From: Candidatus Woesearchaeota archaeon
GTDB lineage: Archaea > Nanobdellota > Nanobdellia > Woesearchaeales > JACQSR01
NCBI GenBank assembly: GCA_016211215.1
Contig: JACQSR010000014.1
Coordinates: 14,980-78,979 of the forward strand
Reading direction: 5' to 3'
DNA length: 64,000 nt
Shown: positions 20,239-29,342 of the stretch, in pieces
Numbering within the stretch: position 1 is the stretch's first letter
How the letters are laid out: each line of letters opens with the position of its first letter
Program-made: the position numbers and the translations under genes
Notes under the pieces: model-generated
The model's input: only the letters and a program-made list of their open reading frames with translations
What the model was told of the DNA's origin: nothing
Databases searched by the model: none

Positions 20239-20937
20239 TTATTTGGTTTTTATCCTTTTCATCACCATTTCTTCAGATGCCTCTACCCCTATCTTTCTGA
20301 AATAGCTGCACACATTCCTGACATCGCGCTTAAGGTATTCCTCCGCATTTGGATTCTCTGCCGGAGTGCACTGCGACCAGTCAATAATGTATGGCACATC
20401 ATTATCGTTAAGAATGTTGAAGTGGGACAAATCCGCATGCACAAGATTGTTTTTGTACATCTTTTTCATCATTGAGATTATTTCATCGAAGAACTTTTCC
20501 GGGTTTTTTGGGGGCATGTCCTTGAGCTTTGGCGCAGGGTCTCCGATAAGCTCCATGACAAGTATGTTGAACTTTATTGCGATTGGTTTTGGTACATTTA
20601 CGCCGATTTCCCTTGCCTTAAGGAGATTCCTGAACTCGCGCTGGGCCCACGCAAAGATTATCTCGCGGCGCCTTTTTTTCAGGTAATGATACCTAGGGTC
20701 GTATTTTATATAATCATACATCCTGTTGAAGTCGCATGTCTGCAGGCGGTAGATTTTCACGATAACCTTTTCATCCCCCTTTTTTGCAATGAATATGTTG
20801 GCTTCCTTGCCTAAAGTAAGCTGGCCCTGAATTCCGTCAAAATGCCCTTCCGAGATTAGCTTGAAGATGTTCCTGTCCGTGAAGCGGTCAAACACGTTGT
20901 GGTATGTCTTGAACTCCTCCCTGAATTTTTTTGGCAT
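20239..20937 (-). CDS. rio1: RIO1 family serine kinase
   Basis: GKEANIF, VKIYR, LVHADLSHFNIL, IIDWSQ. Confidence 0.95.
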   Translation of the reverse strand: MPKKFREEFKTYHNVFDRFTDRNIFKLISEGHFDGIQGQLTLGKEANIFIAKKGDEKVIVKIYRLQTCDFNRMYDYIKYDPRYHYLKKRRREIIFAWAQREFRNLLKAREIGVNVPKPIAIKFNILVMELIGDPAPKLKDMPPKNPEKFFDEIISMMKKMYKNNLVHADLSHFNILNDNDVPYIIDWSQCTPAENPNAEEYLKRDVRNVCSYFRKIGVEASEEMVMKRIKTK

Positions 20938-21056
20938 GGGTGAATCATCTGCAGGGAGTATAAAAGGGTTGACATGGTCATGTTTGGGGTTTGTGATTAC
21001 TATCTGATAGTTACAATTTGCAAAGTTTTAAAAAAGGTCCTTTGTTACCTTTGCGC

Positions 21057-21992
21057 ATGGCTTACTTAAATACCTCCGACCTTGGAGCTTTTGTGCGGCA
21101 GGAATTGGATGTCAACAGGGGCAGTTATATAATAAGCCGAGAGGGCGTTCAACCTATCACCCTGAAAACAGGCGATTCTCAGAGAATCGGTATTGAAGAT
21201 AAGCTTGTTACTCTAACTGCAACTGACTCAGGATTATTTCTTAAAATTGACAAGGGCGCAAATGTAATCGTAATGCCGTCCAACAGTGTAAGGCTGGCCG
21301 AACCGAGCGGTGAGGTGAAGGAGGAAGGGAGCAAGAGTTATATCCCGGTGTACGACATCAAAGACCTAGTTGTTCCCTCCAAAAATAACGGCAGGTATGC
21401 AACACTTGTTTTTGAGGGAGATGGTGAACTCGGAATATCTAACTTAGCGAAGGAACCTAAAGAAAAAATTTCAGTTAGGTACAACAAACCGGGCGATGCC
21501 GCAGGAAAAGGAATAAAGCAATTTCTTTATAGCACCTTAAGCAATTTGAGGGGTATGTTTTATCCTATCTGTCAAAACCCAAATGAGTTGGTTGTTAAAT
21601 TAGAATATGGAAAAAAGACCATCCCGCTCTCCGGTAATGACAGATACTTTATTGGCAAGAGGAATAAAAAAATAGATATGCCTCTTGCTGCCAGCAAATA
21701 TATGGGGCTTGACGGCAAACTTATGGAAAAGCAAAGTGTGTTGCTGAGGATTAAGGATGGAAAAGCCTCCCTTGAATTTACCACACCAGAAGAATATCGC
21801 GGAGAGGCATCGTTGAAGCCAGAAGGGAGAAATATTGAATACAGCCTTGATTCCCGCGTAGAGCTTGACCCGAACATATCTGGCACCTGGGAGCTCAGGC
21901 TGGACAGGGATAAAAAGGGCGACAGGGCGAATGTGGTAAAGTTCAGGTTTAAGGGAAGATACTTGCCGCCAATGCCGCCGATTACTGGCTGA
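21057..21992 (+). CDS. hypothetical beta-rich protein
   Basis: Long ORF; start moved to ATG 21057 after the TTTTAAAA box. Confidence 0.6.
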   Translation: MAYLNTSDLGAFVRQELDVNRGSYIISREGVQPITLKTGDSQRIGIEDKLVTLTATDSGLFLKIDKGANVIVMPSNSVRLAEPSGEVKEEGSKSYIPVYDIKDLVVPSKNNGRYATLVFEGDGELGISNLAKEPKEKISVRYNKPGDAAGKGIKQFLYSTLSNLRGMFYPICQNPNELVVKLEYGKKTIPLSGNDRYFIGKRNKKIDMPLAASKYMGLDGKLMEKQSVLLRIKDGKASLEFTTPEEYRGEASLKPEGRNIEYSLDSRVELDPNISGTWELRLDRDKKGDRANVVKFRFKGRYLPPMPPITG

Positions 21993-22007
21993 AAAATAAG
22001 ATTAATA

Positions 22008-23222
22008 ATGAAAAGTCCCTATAATGCCTATAACAAAATCAAAAAAACAGGAAGGAAAATACTATTAAGTTCCATAATTTCATCCCTTTTCTTAGGCGCG
22101 CTTGGAGTTGGGGGAGAGATTTACTTCAGGCATCTTGCAAAAAAAGAAAGGCCGTGGGAAACTTTGCGGCACCAGGTTCTAAGCGAGGGTTCCCATGTTG
22201 CAAGAAGCTACATTCCCGGATTAAGCTACGTTTTTTCTACAAAGGGGCTTTCTGAATTAAACAGCTGGAGATACCACGACGATGAGTTTGAGGTTCCCAA
22301 GCCCAAAAATACAACGCGTATAACAATCATAGGGGACAGCATGACTGCAGGGCCCGGCGTCAAAGCAGATGAGGCATACCCCAATGTTCTGGAGAAAATC
22401 CTCAGCGAGCATTCAGATAAAAAAATTGACGTCGTAAATTTGGGCGTTGTGGGCTACAGTACTTTGCCGTCGTACGCAACAATGAAGCACACTGCAATCC
22501 CCCTTCTGGAGCCGGATATGATAATTTACGCCTTTTACGTAAACGACCTTTCAGATACAGACCTGAATTTCATGAGGCATGCGGAGAATTTCGTAGGAAA
22601 AGACGGGGATTTTATGAAAGATTCCCAAAAATATCAAATGCGCTGCCTAGAAAAGGATACTTTTTTGGACAACAAAACGGATTTGGGCATTTTAGGCGAG
22701 CTGGCATTTTTTCTGGAGAATAATTCCTCATTTTATTCTGAGTTGAAATACCGGGCAGGCATTTTGCGCTACGAACAAATACTCCCTGCCGTAAATAGCA
22801 TCACCAAATCTATTGACTCTGAATCAAAAAGGAAAAAGTTTTGGAAAATGCTAAGGGGCATGCCTTATTTTTATCCCCATGCGCCAATTTGCAGGGATTA
22901 CGCAACAACCTACAAGGCAATGGAAGGCATGGCAGAACTCGCCAATGAAAAGGGCATAGGCTTTATGGTACTGGATGTTTCCGGGATAGGGAACATGAGC
23001 CATATGTTAAGCAAGGATTTCATGGAATATTTCTCCTCCCATAACCCACCTGTAAAGGTGTATTCGCCGAGGGATGATGTAAATCAAAGGGCTGAAAAAA
23101 GAGGTCTTAATCCTAACGAGCTTTGCTTTGAAGGCGACCCCCATTTAAGCCCCTTGGGGCATGAATTGATAGCAGAATCCGTTGGAAACTACCTTGTACA
23201 GAACGGCCTTCTTGGACATTAA
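22008..23222 (+). CDS. membrane-anchored SGNH/GDSL hydrolase
   Basis: IGDSMT, NLGVVGYST, YVNDL, DPHLSPLGH. Confidence 0.88.
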   Translation: MKSPYNAYNKIKKTGRKILLSSIISSLFLGALGVGGEIYFRHLAKKERPWETLRHQVLSEGSHVARSYIPGLSYVFSTKGLSELNSWRYHDDEFEVPKPKNTTRITIIGDSMTAGPGVKADEAYPNVLEKILSEHSDKKIDVVNLGVVGYSTLPSYATMKHTAIPLLEPDMIIYAFYVNDLSDTDLNFMRHAENFVGKDGDFMKDSQKYQMRCLEKDTFLDNKTDLGILGELAFFLENNSSFYSELKYRAGILRYEQILPAVNSITKSIDSESKRKKFWKMLRGMPYFYPHAPICRDYATTYKAMEGMAELANEKGIGFMVLDVSGIGNMSHMLSKDFMEYFSSHNPPVKVYSPRDDVNQRAEKRGLNPNELCFEGDPHLSPLGHELIAESVGNYLVQNGLLGH

Positions 23223-23276
23223 CCACTCTAAAATGAGTACACATCGAAAAGTTTATATATAAGTTAGGACTATAGA

Positions 23277-23333
23277 ATGGTAACGAAAAAGGGTGGGGGT
23301 GGAAAGCTCTTCTGGAGCTTTAAAGGTCATTAA
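23277..23333 (+). CDS. putative 18-aa leaderless micropeptide MVTKKGGGGKLFWSFKGH
   Basis: AAAAGTTTATATATAAG BRE/TATA about 15-25 nt upstream; strong hairpin downstream. Confidence 0.3.
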   Translation: MVTKKGGGGKLFWSFKGH

Positions 23334-23362
23334 AGGTTCACGATTATATAAACACCTCTTTT

Positions 23363-23402
23363 CCCCGTGAATAGTTCCTCACGGAGCTATTTGCGGGGTT
23401 TC
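23363..23402 (+). terminator. strong hairpin with T-tail
   Basis: CCCCGTGAATAGTTCC-tcac-GGAGCTATTTGCGGGG followed by TTTT. Confidence 0.5.
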
Positions 23403-23511
23403 ATGCTTCTAGAAGGCTTATTTGGTCTTATTTCTGGCTTAAGTGTTATAATCTCAATTTGGAAATATATAAATATAACTTGTTCTTATCTATACGTATA
23501 GGTGCGCATAA

Positions 23512-23724
23512 ATGCTTACAAAAGAGGATTTACTAATCACAAAGCATGCACAGGATAAAATGAACATTGAGGGAATCTCGGTAACACAAATAATAGAGGC
23601 GTTGGAAAGGGGCTCGAAGTTCGAGCAGACGGAGGGGTTGTTAAGCGTTTACAGATATTTTTCAGTTGCATACAGGAGAATAGACACAAAATACATAATA
23701 AAAACCGTGTTTGTAAACAGGTGA
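23512..23724 (+). CDS. DUF4258 family putative toxin
   Basis: ITKHAQDKMNIEGIS...YIIKTVF. Confidence 0.75.
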   Translation: MLTKEDLLITKHAQDKMNIEGISVTQIIEALERGSKFEQTEGLLSVYRYFSVAYRRIDTKYIIKTVFVNR

Positions 23725-24059
23725 TAGGAATGAAATGCGTATCATGCGGTGAATCGGAAATGGTCAAAAAGAAAGTCGAATACAACCAGTTTGGAATTCA
23801 TTTTGGGGATTATGATGCAATTGTATGCCCAAAATGCAATGAGACGATTTTTGAAGGACAGGTGAGTGAACAGATAGAAAAAAAGGCAAAGGAGCTGGGG
23901 ATTTGGGGATTGTCGAGAAAGACAAAGATTGGAACTTCCGGTTCTTCCCTCGACGTGAAAATTCCAAAGCAAATTGCAGAATTCCTGCACCTAAAAAAGG
24001 GCCAGGAGGTCATTATTGAGCCTGCAGGGAAGAATAAGATTGAGGTTTCGGTAGTGTGA
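23721..24059 (+). CDS. YgiT/MqsA-type Zn finger plus AbrB domain, putative antitoxin
   Basis: CVSC...CPKC; GTSGSSLDVKIPKQIAEFLHLKKG. Confidence 0.8.
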   Translation: MIGMKCVSCGESEMVKKKVEYNQFGIHFGDYDAIVCPKCNETIFEGQVSEQIEKKAKELGIWGLSRKTKIGTSGSSLDVKIPKQIAEFLHLKKGQEVIIEPAGKNKIEVSVV

Positions 24060-24064
24060 AATGT

Positions 24065-24553
24065 CTACTTTGGCATCTTAGGGGGTTTAGGAACCCTTCC
24101 CTGAAGCCCGCGTTCGATTTCTTTTAGACCCTTCCAGTATTCGTCTGCTGATTTGCGCATCTCCCTAACTTCTTTCTCATAGGCAGTTAATGCGTCAAGG
24201 CCATGCTGCCCAAAAGACATAGCAAGTAGTTGCCTCACTTTGTCGGCATCTGTTTCATTGTAACCTGAAGGTATTAAGGGATTCTCGTATAAAACATTCC
24301 CATTTGCATCTGAAATTTTTCTAACCGCCACACCTTCTCCAACAAAGAGTATACCTTCTCCTTCCTTTGACTCGGGGAAATTAATATGAAATACAACGTA
24401 AGGTGACGACACAAAACTAAATATTCCTGTTTTGGCGTAATCTTGCCCATTCCGGCAATACTCAACCTGAACTACTTGGTCTACATGAGTAAACAAGCGC
24501 TCCATCTCACCAACCATTCTGTCTACCAAACTTGGCCCTTGCGAAATTCCCAT
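24065..24553 (-). CDS. hypothetical protein
   Basis: 162-aa ORF, no recognised motif. Confidence 0.55.
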   Translation of the reverse strand: MGISQGPSLVDRMVGEMERLFTHVDQVVQVEYCRNGQDYAKTGIFSFVSSPYVVFHINFPESKEGEGILFVGEGVAVRKISDANGNVLYENPLIPSGYNETDADKVRQLLAMSFGQHGLDALTAYEKEVREMRKSADEYWKGLKEIERGLQGRVPKPPKMPK

Positions 24554-24668
24554 TATTTAAGCGAGAAGCATTGGAGTATTAATACATCTGTATGCAAGAG
24601 TATATATTCTCTATATAGAAAATAAACAAACCCAAAGATTTTTAAATCAATGGAGATTATAGGGTTAT

Positions 24669-24930
24669 AGTTGGCGAAAGCCAGCTGCCCGTCACGAGAG
24701 TACTCAACGGAGCTTACGCTAAATGCAAGCCATGAACTTGAGGGTTAGTGATGCGGGCATCATTATCATCGAGAAAGAGGAAATTGGGGCAGGTTAGCTA
24801 TCATGTGTCATCCGGTTTTTGCGTTCAAAGATACATAATTGATGGTAACTTGTTCTTAGAGCAGAGGAGTACATCATGATCATGTGTTCACCCATTCATT
24901 GGATGACGTGGTAGAGAGTACTCCTTCTAA
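24669..24930 (+). ncRNA. candidate structured RNA / long 5' leader of dnaG
   Basis: TTTTTAAA box at 24639-24646, then a GAAA-tetraloop hairpin and three long stems with G-U pairs. Confidence 0.5.
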
Positions 24931-24953
24931 AAAACAAACGGGGGTTGAACAAA

Positions 24954-26222
24954 ATGGGAAAGATAAGTCCAGTATCTTCCAAGTACATCATACACTCATC
25001 AATCGACATTGAGGGAGTTGTTGACAGGCCAGATGTTATAGGGGCAATTTTCGGGCAGACCGAAGGGCTTCTTGGAGCTGAGCTTGAGCTTAGGGAATTG
25101 CAGAGAAGCGGAAGGATTGGAAGGATAGAGGTAAATGTTGACACTAAAACCGGAAAGACCAAAGGCACCATTATCGTGCCGTCATCACTGGACAAGGCAG
25201 AGACTTCCATTGTTGGTGCGGCGCTTGAAATCATCCAAAGAATAGGCCCATGCAACGCAAAGATAGCGGTGCAGAAAATAGAGGATGTAAGAATAAGCAA
25301 GAGGGCGTTTGTGATTGAGCGTGCAAAGGAGCTTCTGAAGACCATGATGGAAGACACCATGCCAGATTCGCAGGAGCTTGCGGACGAAGTTGCATATTCT
25401 GTAAGAGTTATGGAGATTACAGAGTACGGGAACGAAAGGCTTCCGGCAGGGCCTGCAATAGATGAAAGCGTTGAGGTTATTGTTGTGGAGGGCAGGGCAG
25501 ACGTGCTTAACCTGCTGAAGCATGGATTCAAGAATGCAATTGCGGTAAACGGCACTTCAGTACCCCAAGATATAATTGACCTAACCAAGAGAAAAGTGGT
25601 AACTGCATTTGTTGATGGCGACAGGGGCGGAAACCTAATCCTAAAGGAGCTGTTCAATGTGGCTGACCTGGATTATGTAACAAGGGCCCCTGCAGGAAAA
25701 GAGGTTGAAGAGATAACCAAAAAGGAGATTCACAAGGCCATCAGAAGCAGGATTTCTGCAGAGCAGGCCAAGCTTGAGATTGGAAAGGACATTGACAGGA
25801 TTGATGACAGCCCTAGAAGGCAGCTCTTCCAGCAGCAGAAAAGGCCATTGATGCCGGCAAGACCGCCAATGATGGCACAAAGGCCACCGGTTCCTGTTGC
25901 AGCACCGAGAAGGATGCAGGCAAATCCGCAGGAAGCAAAGGCGTTCAAGGCTATGCTTGAGAACCTTATCGGTACAAGGGGCGCGCAGCTTTTGGACGAA
26001 AAGCTGAATGTTATGGGCAAGGTTCCACTGAGCGAGCTTGGCAGCACAATTGCAAGCCTGGGCAAAGGAGTGTATGCGGTTGTACTTGACGGCACGATTG
26101 AGAGGGAGCTTGTGGGAACGTGCGAAAAAACAAACGTGCAGTACCTTGTGGGGATGGACAGCAGGGTGGCAAGCAGCGAGACAAGGATTAACATACTGAC
26201 CGCAAGCAATTTGCAGCAGTAA
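24954..26222 (+). CDS. dnaG: archaeal DnaG (primase-like, exosome-associated)
   Basis: DVIGAIFGQTEGLLG, VVEGRADVLNL, DGDRGG TOPRIM. Confidence 0.96.
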   Translation: MGKISPVSSKYIIHSSIDIEGVVDRPDVIGAIFGQTEGLLGAELELRELQRSGRIGRIEVNVDTKTGKTKGTIIVPSSLDKAETSIVGAALEIIQRIGPCNAKIAVQKIEDVRISKRAFVIERAKELLKTMMEDTMPDSQELADEVAYSVRVMEITEYGNERLPAGPAIDESVEVIVVEGRADVLNLLKHGFKNAIAVNGTSVPQDIIDLTKRKVVTAFVDGDRGGNLILKELFNVADLDYVTRAPAGKEVEEITKKEIHKAIRSRISAEQAKLEIGKDIDRIDDSPRRQLFQQQKRPLMPARPPMMAQRPPVPVAAPRRMQANPQEAKAFKAMLENLIGTRGAQLLDEKLNVMGKVPLSELGSTIASLGKGVYAVVLDGTIERELVGTCEKTNVQYLVGMDSRVASSETRINILTASNLQQ

Positions 26223-26237
26223 AACTTTAATAGGGGG

Positions 26238-26699
26238 ATGCAAATCCCCTTTTCTATGTTTTTTGTCCATATCATTCTTCCGTTGATTTTGGGAAAACTC
26301 CTGGGAAGCTACTGGTTTCTGATTGCAGGTTCGCTTATTGTGGATATAGACCACCTGGTTTTGCTGATTAAGAACAGGCACTACAACCTAAGGGAATGCA
26401 TTGATGTACTGAAGCATGAGGAAAAATATGGCGAACGCCTAAGAAGCCCTTACCTGCATTCATTTTTGGGTATGATTGCCACAAGCCTGGCCGTTGGACT
26501 GCTGTTCTCATTGACCGGGGCAATTTACTATGCGATAGGCTATCTGGCGCACCTGATTATTGACTTATTCGACAAGGACGTAATGTACATACTATTCCCC
26601 TCAAAAATAAAATTCAACGGAACTCTGCCGGTGCCGTCGCATGTGGAATTTGCGCTTACGGTTTTCTTTACTGCGTTTATGGTTATACTGTTTTTTTAG
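26238..26699 (+). CDS. membrane metal-dependent hydrolase (YbcI/DUF457-like)
   Basis: H...VDIDH...LHS...GYLAHLIID. Confidence 0.8.
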   Translation: MQIPFSMFFVHIILPLILGKLLGSYWFLIAGSLIVDIDHLVLLIKNRHYNLRECIDVLKHEEKYGERLRSPYLHSFLGMIATSLAVGLLFSLTGAIYYAIGYLAHLIIDLFDKDVMYILFPSKIKFNGTLPVPSHVEFALTVFFTAFMVILFF

Positions 26700-26707
26700 G
26701 GGCATTA

Positions 26708-26869
26708 AGCTTAGTAGAAAACTCCGCTACGCTACGGGTTAGCAGCTTCGAGATTATTCTGTCTTTAGTGATAATTGACATTTCCCGTAGGGAGCGTCCC
26801 CTTTGTCAATGATTATGTAATCGCAAAGAATCTCGACTTTAGGCTGCTAACCTGCTTTTCTACTAAGCT
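26708..26869. mobile_element. MITE-like structured repeat family B, copy 2
   Basis: TIR AGCTTAGTAGAAAA/TTTTCTACTAAGCT; same inner motifs; supplies the stop codon of the adjacent gene. Confidence 0.8.
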
Positions 26870-27819
26870 GCACATTCATTCAGCAGGCATACCTTGTCCC
26901 TGATTGCAGATGCAGTCTGCAATCCTGAGAATTTCATGCGGTTGTTGACCACAAAAGCAGGTGATGATGTTATGTCGAGCTCCCGCGCAATCCCGGAATC
27001 AGGCGGAGCCCGGATGGTGTTTATCCTTAAATTTCCCGAGAACATTTTTTTAACTTCGTTAATGACCTTCTCCACGGCACCAAAAGAAGTGTCTTCCGGA
27101 TATACAAAAACTTCAAGGGTGTTTTTTGTTTCAGAGCGCCTGAAATAGTAGGGCGAGCCTGTTGCAGTGGATTTCATTATGAATGAATCATCCTGCTCAT
27201 CCAATGCGCGCCTGAAATCCCCAAAGTTAGCTGACTTGGTGATATTTCTGTCAAAAATGTATGCGGGCAGTGATTTCAGGCTTGGAGACAATGAAATTCC
27301 CTCCGGGGATGAAATATCCACCTCATTGAACTTTGCCCCGGGAAACAGCTTGACGATGACGCCTTTCATGCGGTCAGTGCTGCAATAACTGCAATTTTTG
27401 TCGTTTACAACCAGCACTTCAACATCATTTATAGGTAAATTGGACGGCTGCCCGTCTTGGGTCTTGCCGTAGCTGAACAGAAAAAATATCGCGAGAATGA
27501 CAAGCGCGCCTATTATAACCCATTTCCAGACCCCATGTTCTTCAGGCTCTTCCGGCAAATCCTCGGCGGCGGTTATGGTGACAGAATCAATCTCTGGCTT
27601 CTCTTCAGGGATTTCCTCAACAACCTCTTCTTCGCCATTTACCTCGGCAATATCCTCCGGCTTTTGCTCAGGCACTTCGCTCGCCTCAGACATCTCGGAC
27701 CTGCGCTCCTCAATCTCCTGGAGCTTTGCCTCATATTCCTCCTCGGAGATTATTCCCGCCTCGAGGCTTTCGTTGAGGAATTTTATCTCTCTTTCTAAGT
27801 TCAAGGCGTCATTTTCCAT
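26863..27819 (-). CDS. membrane protein with SHOCT-like N-terminus and thioredoxin-like domains
   Basis: LEAGIISEEEYE, acidic linker, TM, CSYC, SPAFVVNN. Confidence 0.7.
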   Translation of the reverse strand: MENDALNLEREIKFLNESLEAGIISEEEYEAKLQEIEERRSEMSEASEVPEQKPEDIAEVNGEEEVVEEIPEEKPEIDSVTITAAEDLPEEPEEHGVWKWVIIGALVILAIFFLFSYGKTQDGQPSNLPINDVEVLVVNDKNCSYCSTDRMKGVIVKLFPGAKFNEVDISSPEGISLSPSLKSLPAYIFDRNITKSANFGDFRRALDEQDDSFIMKSTATGSPYYFRRSETKNTLEVFVYPEDTSFGAVEKVINEVKKMFSGNLRINTIRAPPDSGIARELDITSSPAFVVNNRMKFSGLQTASAIRDKVCLLNECAA

Positions 27820-27822
27820 GGT

Positions 27823-29103
27823 TTAGCTCTCTGCAAGAATCTTGTCAAGGACAGCCTTAAATTCTGCCTGCTCATCCCCTGAAACATACGCGTTCCCTAT
27901 CCTGAAGTACTTGCACGCAAAATCGTAGAAAGGAACAACTGACTGGGGATTCTTCTGGGTAAATGGCTCAAGCTCCTGGGGCTGTATGCCTGTTTCCTTT
28001 TCAGCAGTCATTAAATCGTCGCCAGTGTTCAGCTGGAGTATCTGGACATAAAATGCGTCCTTTGGAAGGGCATCCCTGAATTCAGAAACCCCCTTGTCGC
28101 ACTGCTGGCATGAAGTTGTGGTGTATACCCTAAGCACAGGCTTGCCGTCCTTCAGGCAGGTCTCCTTTCCATACTGCCTAAATGGACTCTTGACCGGAAT
28201 TCCGTTTGTCTCGTTCCATTTCAGTATTTCAGAAGATGCCTTAAGCTGCTGGGCGAAAATCTTCAGTGCAGCCTCGCCTTCCTGCATCCTAAGTGATTTT
28301 TCGATAATAGGGCTTGCTTCCGGCAGGGATATCTTATCGGGCTGCCTTAGTATGATATGATAACCGAACCTTGTCTTTACGGGCCCTGAAATCTGGTCCT
28401 CCTCCAGGGAAAATGCCGCAGCGGAAAATTCCGGAACCATTGTCGCATTGTCAAAGAATCCCAAACTGCCACCTTTGGCCGCAGTTCCCCTGTCCTTAGA
28501 GTATGCTTTAGCAAGAGACCCAAAGGTTTCCCCTTTGTTGTACATCCCAATGAGGTTTTCTGCTTCCTCAATTGTTGCAACAAGTATGTGGGATGCCCTT
28601 ATCTGGCCGGGCTGCGCACTGAACTGCTCCGAATTATCCGCATAGTACCGTTTGATATCTGAATCAGATACTGCAATCTGCTTCCCAAAAGTTTCATTGA
28701 CATATCTTGCCAACTTGATTTGGTGCTCAAGGGAATTTCTAAGCTGCTTGATGGATGTTTTCCTGTCAATAAGGGCTTTTTCAAACTGCGCCTGGGTCAT
28801 GTTGTTCAGTTCCCTTAACTGCATGATTATGGAATCTACCTCGCCTTTTGAGGCGAAGAAGCCGTTCTTTTCTGCTTCCTGGATGAGCAGCTCTTCCATT
28901 ATCAGCTCGTCGAGTATTGCGTCTTTTGCCACAACGCCCTTGTATGAATCAGGGAGGGCAGCATATTCCCTTTCAAGAGTGTCCTCAGTTATTGGAACTC
29001 CGTTAACTATGGCGGCTGCCTTTGGCTGCTCGGGTGCATTGTAAAGGTTTGCACATCCAAGCAGAAACAACGATACGACCATAAGTAGCATAATTTTTCT
29101 CAT
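27823..29103 (-). CDS. PrsA/SurA-like parvulin PPIase lipoprotein with C-terminal thioredoxin-like domain
   Basis: LLGC lipobox, IRASHILV, GGSLG, VKTRFGYHII, CQQC. Confidence 0.88.
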   Translation of the reverse strand: MRKIMLLMVVSLFLLGCANLYNAPEQPKAAAIVNGVPITEDTLEREYAALPDSYKGVVAKDAILDELIMEELLIQEAEKNGFFASKGEVDSIIMQLRELNNMTQAQFEKALIDRKTSIKQLRNSLEHQIKLARYVNETFGKQIAVSDSDIKRYYADNSEQFSAQPGQIRASHILVATIEEAENLIGMYNKGETFGSLAKAYSKDRGTAAKGGSLGFFDNATMVPEFSAAAFSLEEDQISGPVKTRFGYHIILRQPDKISLPEASPIIEKSLRMQEGEAALKIFAQQLKASSEILKWNETNGIPVKSPFRQYGKETCLKDGKPVLRVYTTTSCQQCDKGVSEFRDALPKDAFYVQILQLNTGDDLMTAEKETGIQPQELEPFTQKNPQSVVPFYDFACKYFRIGNAYVSGDEQAEFKAVLDKILAES

Positions 29104-29172
29104 TTGCTTCACCTTACATCACTGCAATGCCCTAAGAACGACGTCTGGTTCATAAATATTTCGCTATTATAA

Positions 29173-29259
29173 CAGAAGACACAAATATTTATACAAAATT
29201 GTTGTGTCTTCTGAACATAGTAACTGACATCTTGTATAGAAATTTGTGTCAGTTACTAT
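29173..29259. repeat. two tandem inverted repeats in a divergent promoter region
   Basis: CAGAAGACACAA/TTGTGTCTTCTG and ATAGTAACTGACA/TGTCAGTTACTAT. Confidence 0.75.
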
Positions 29260-29342
29260 AGGTCATTACCTCCGGGTGTCAAAAACCATCTACTAAAGTA
29301 CATGTCAAAAGCTATTTAAATACCTCTTAGTGGGGTGGTTTC

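Noticed and set aside
24669-24930. RNase P RNA (GAGGAAA at ~24777)
   Set aside because: It lacks the GAGGAAAGUCC continuation and the complementary 3' P4 motif.
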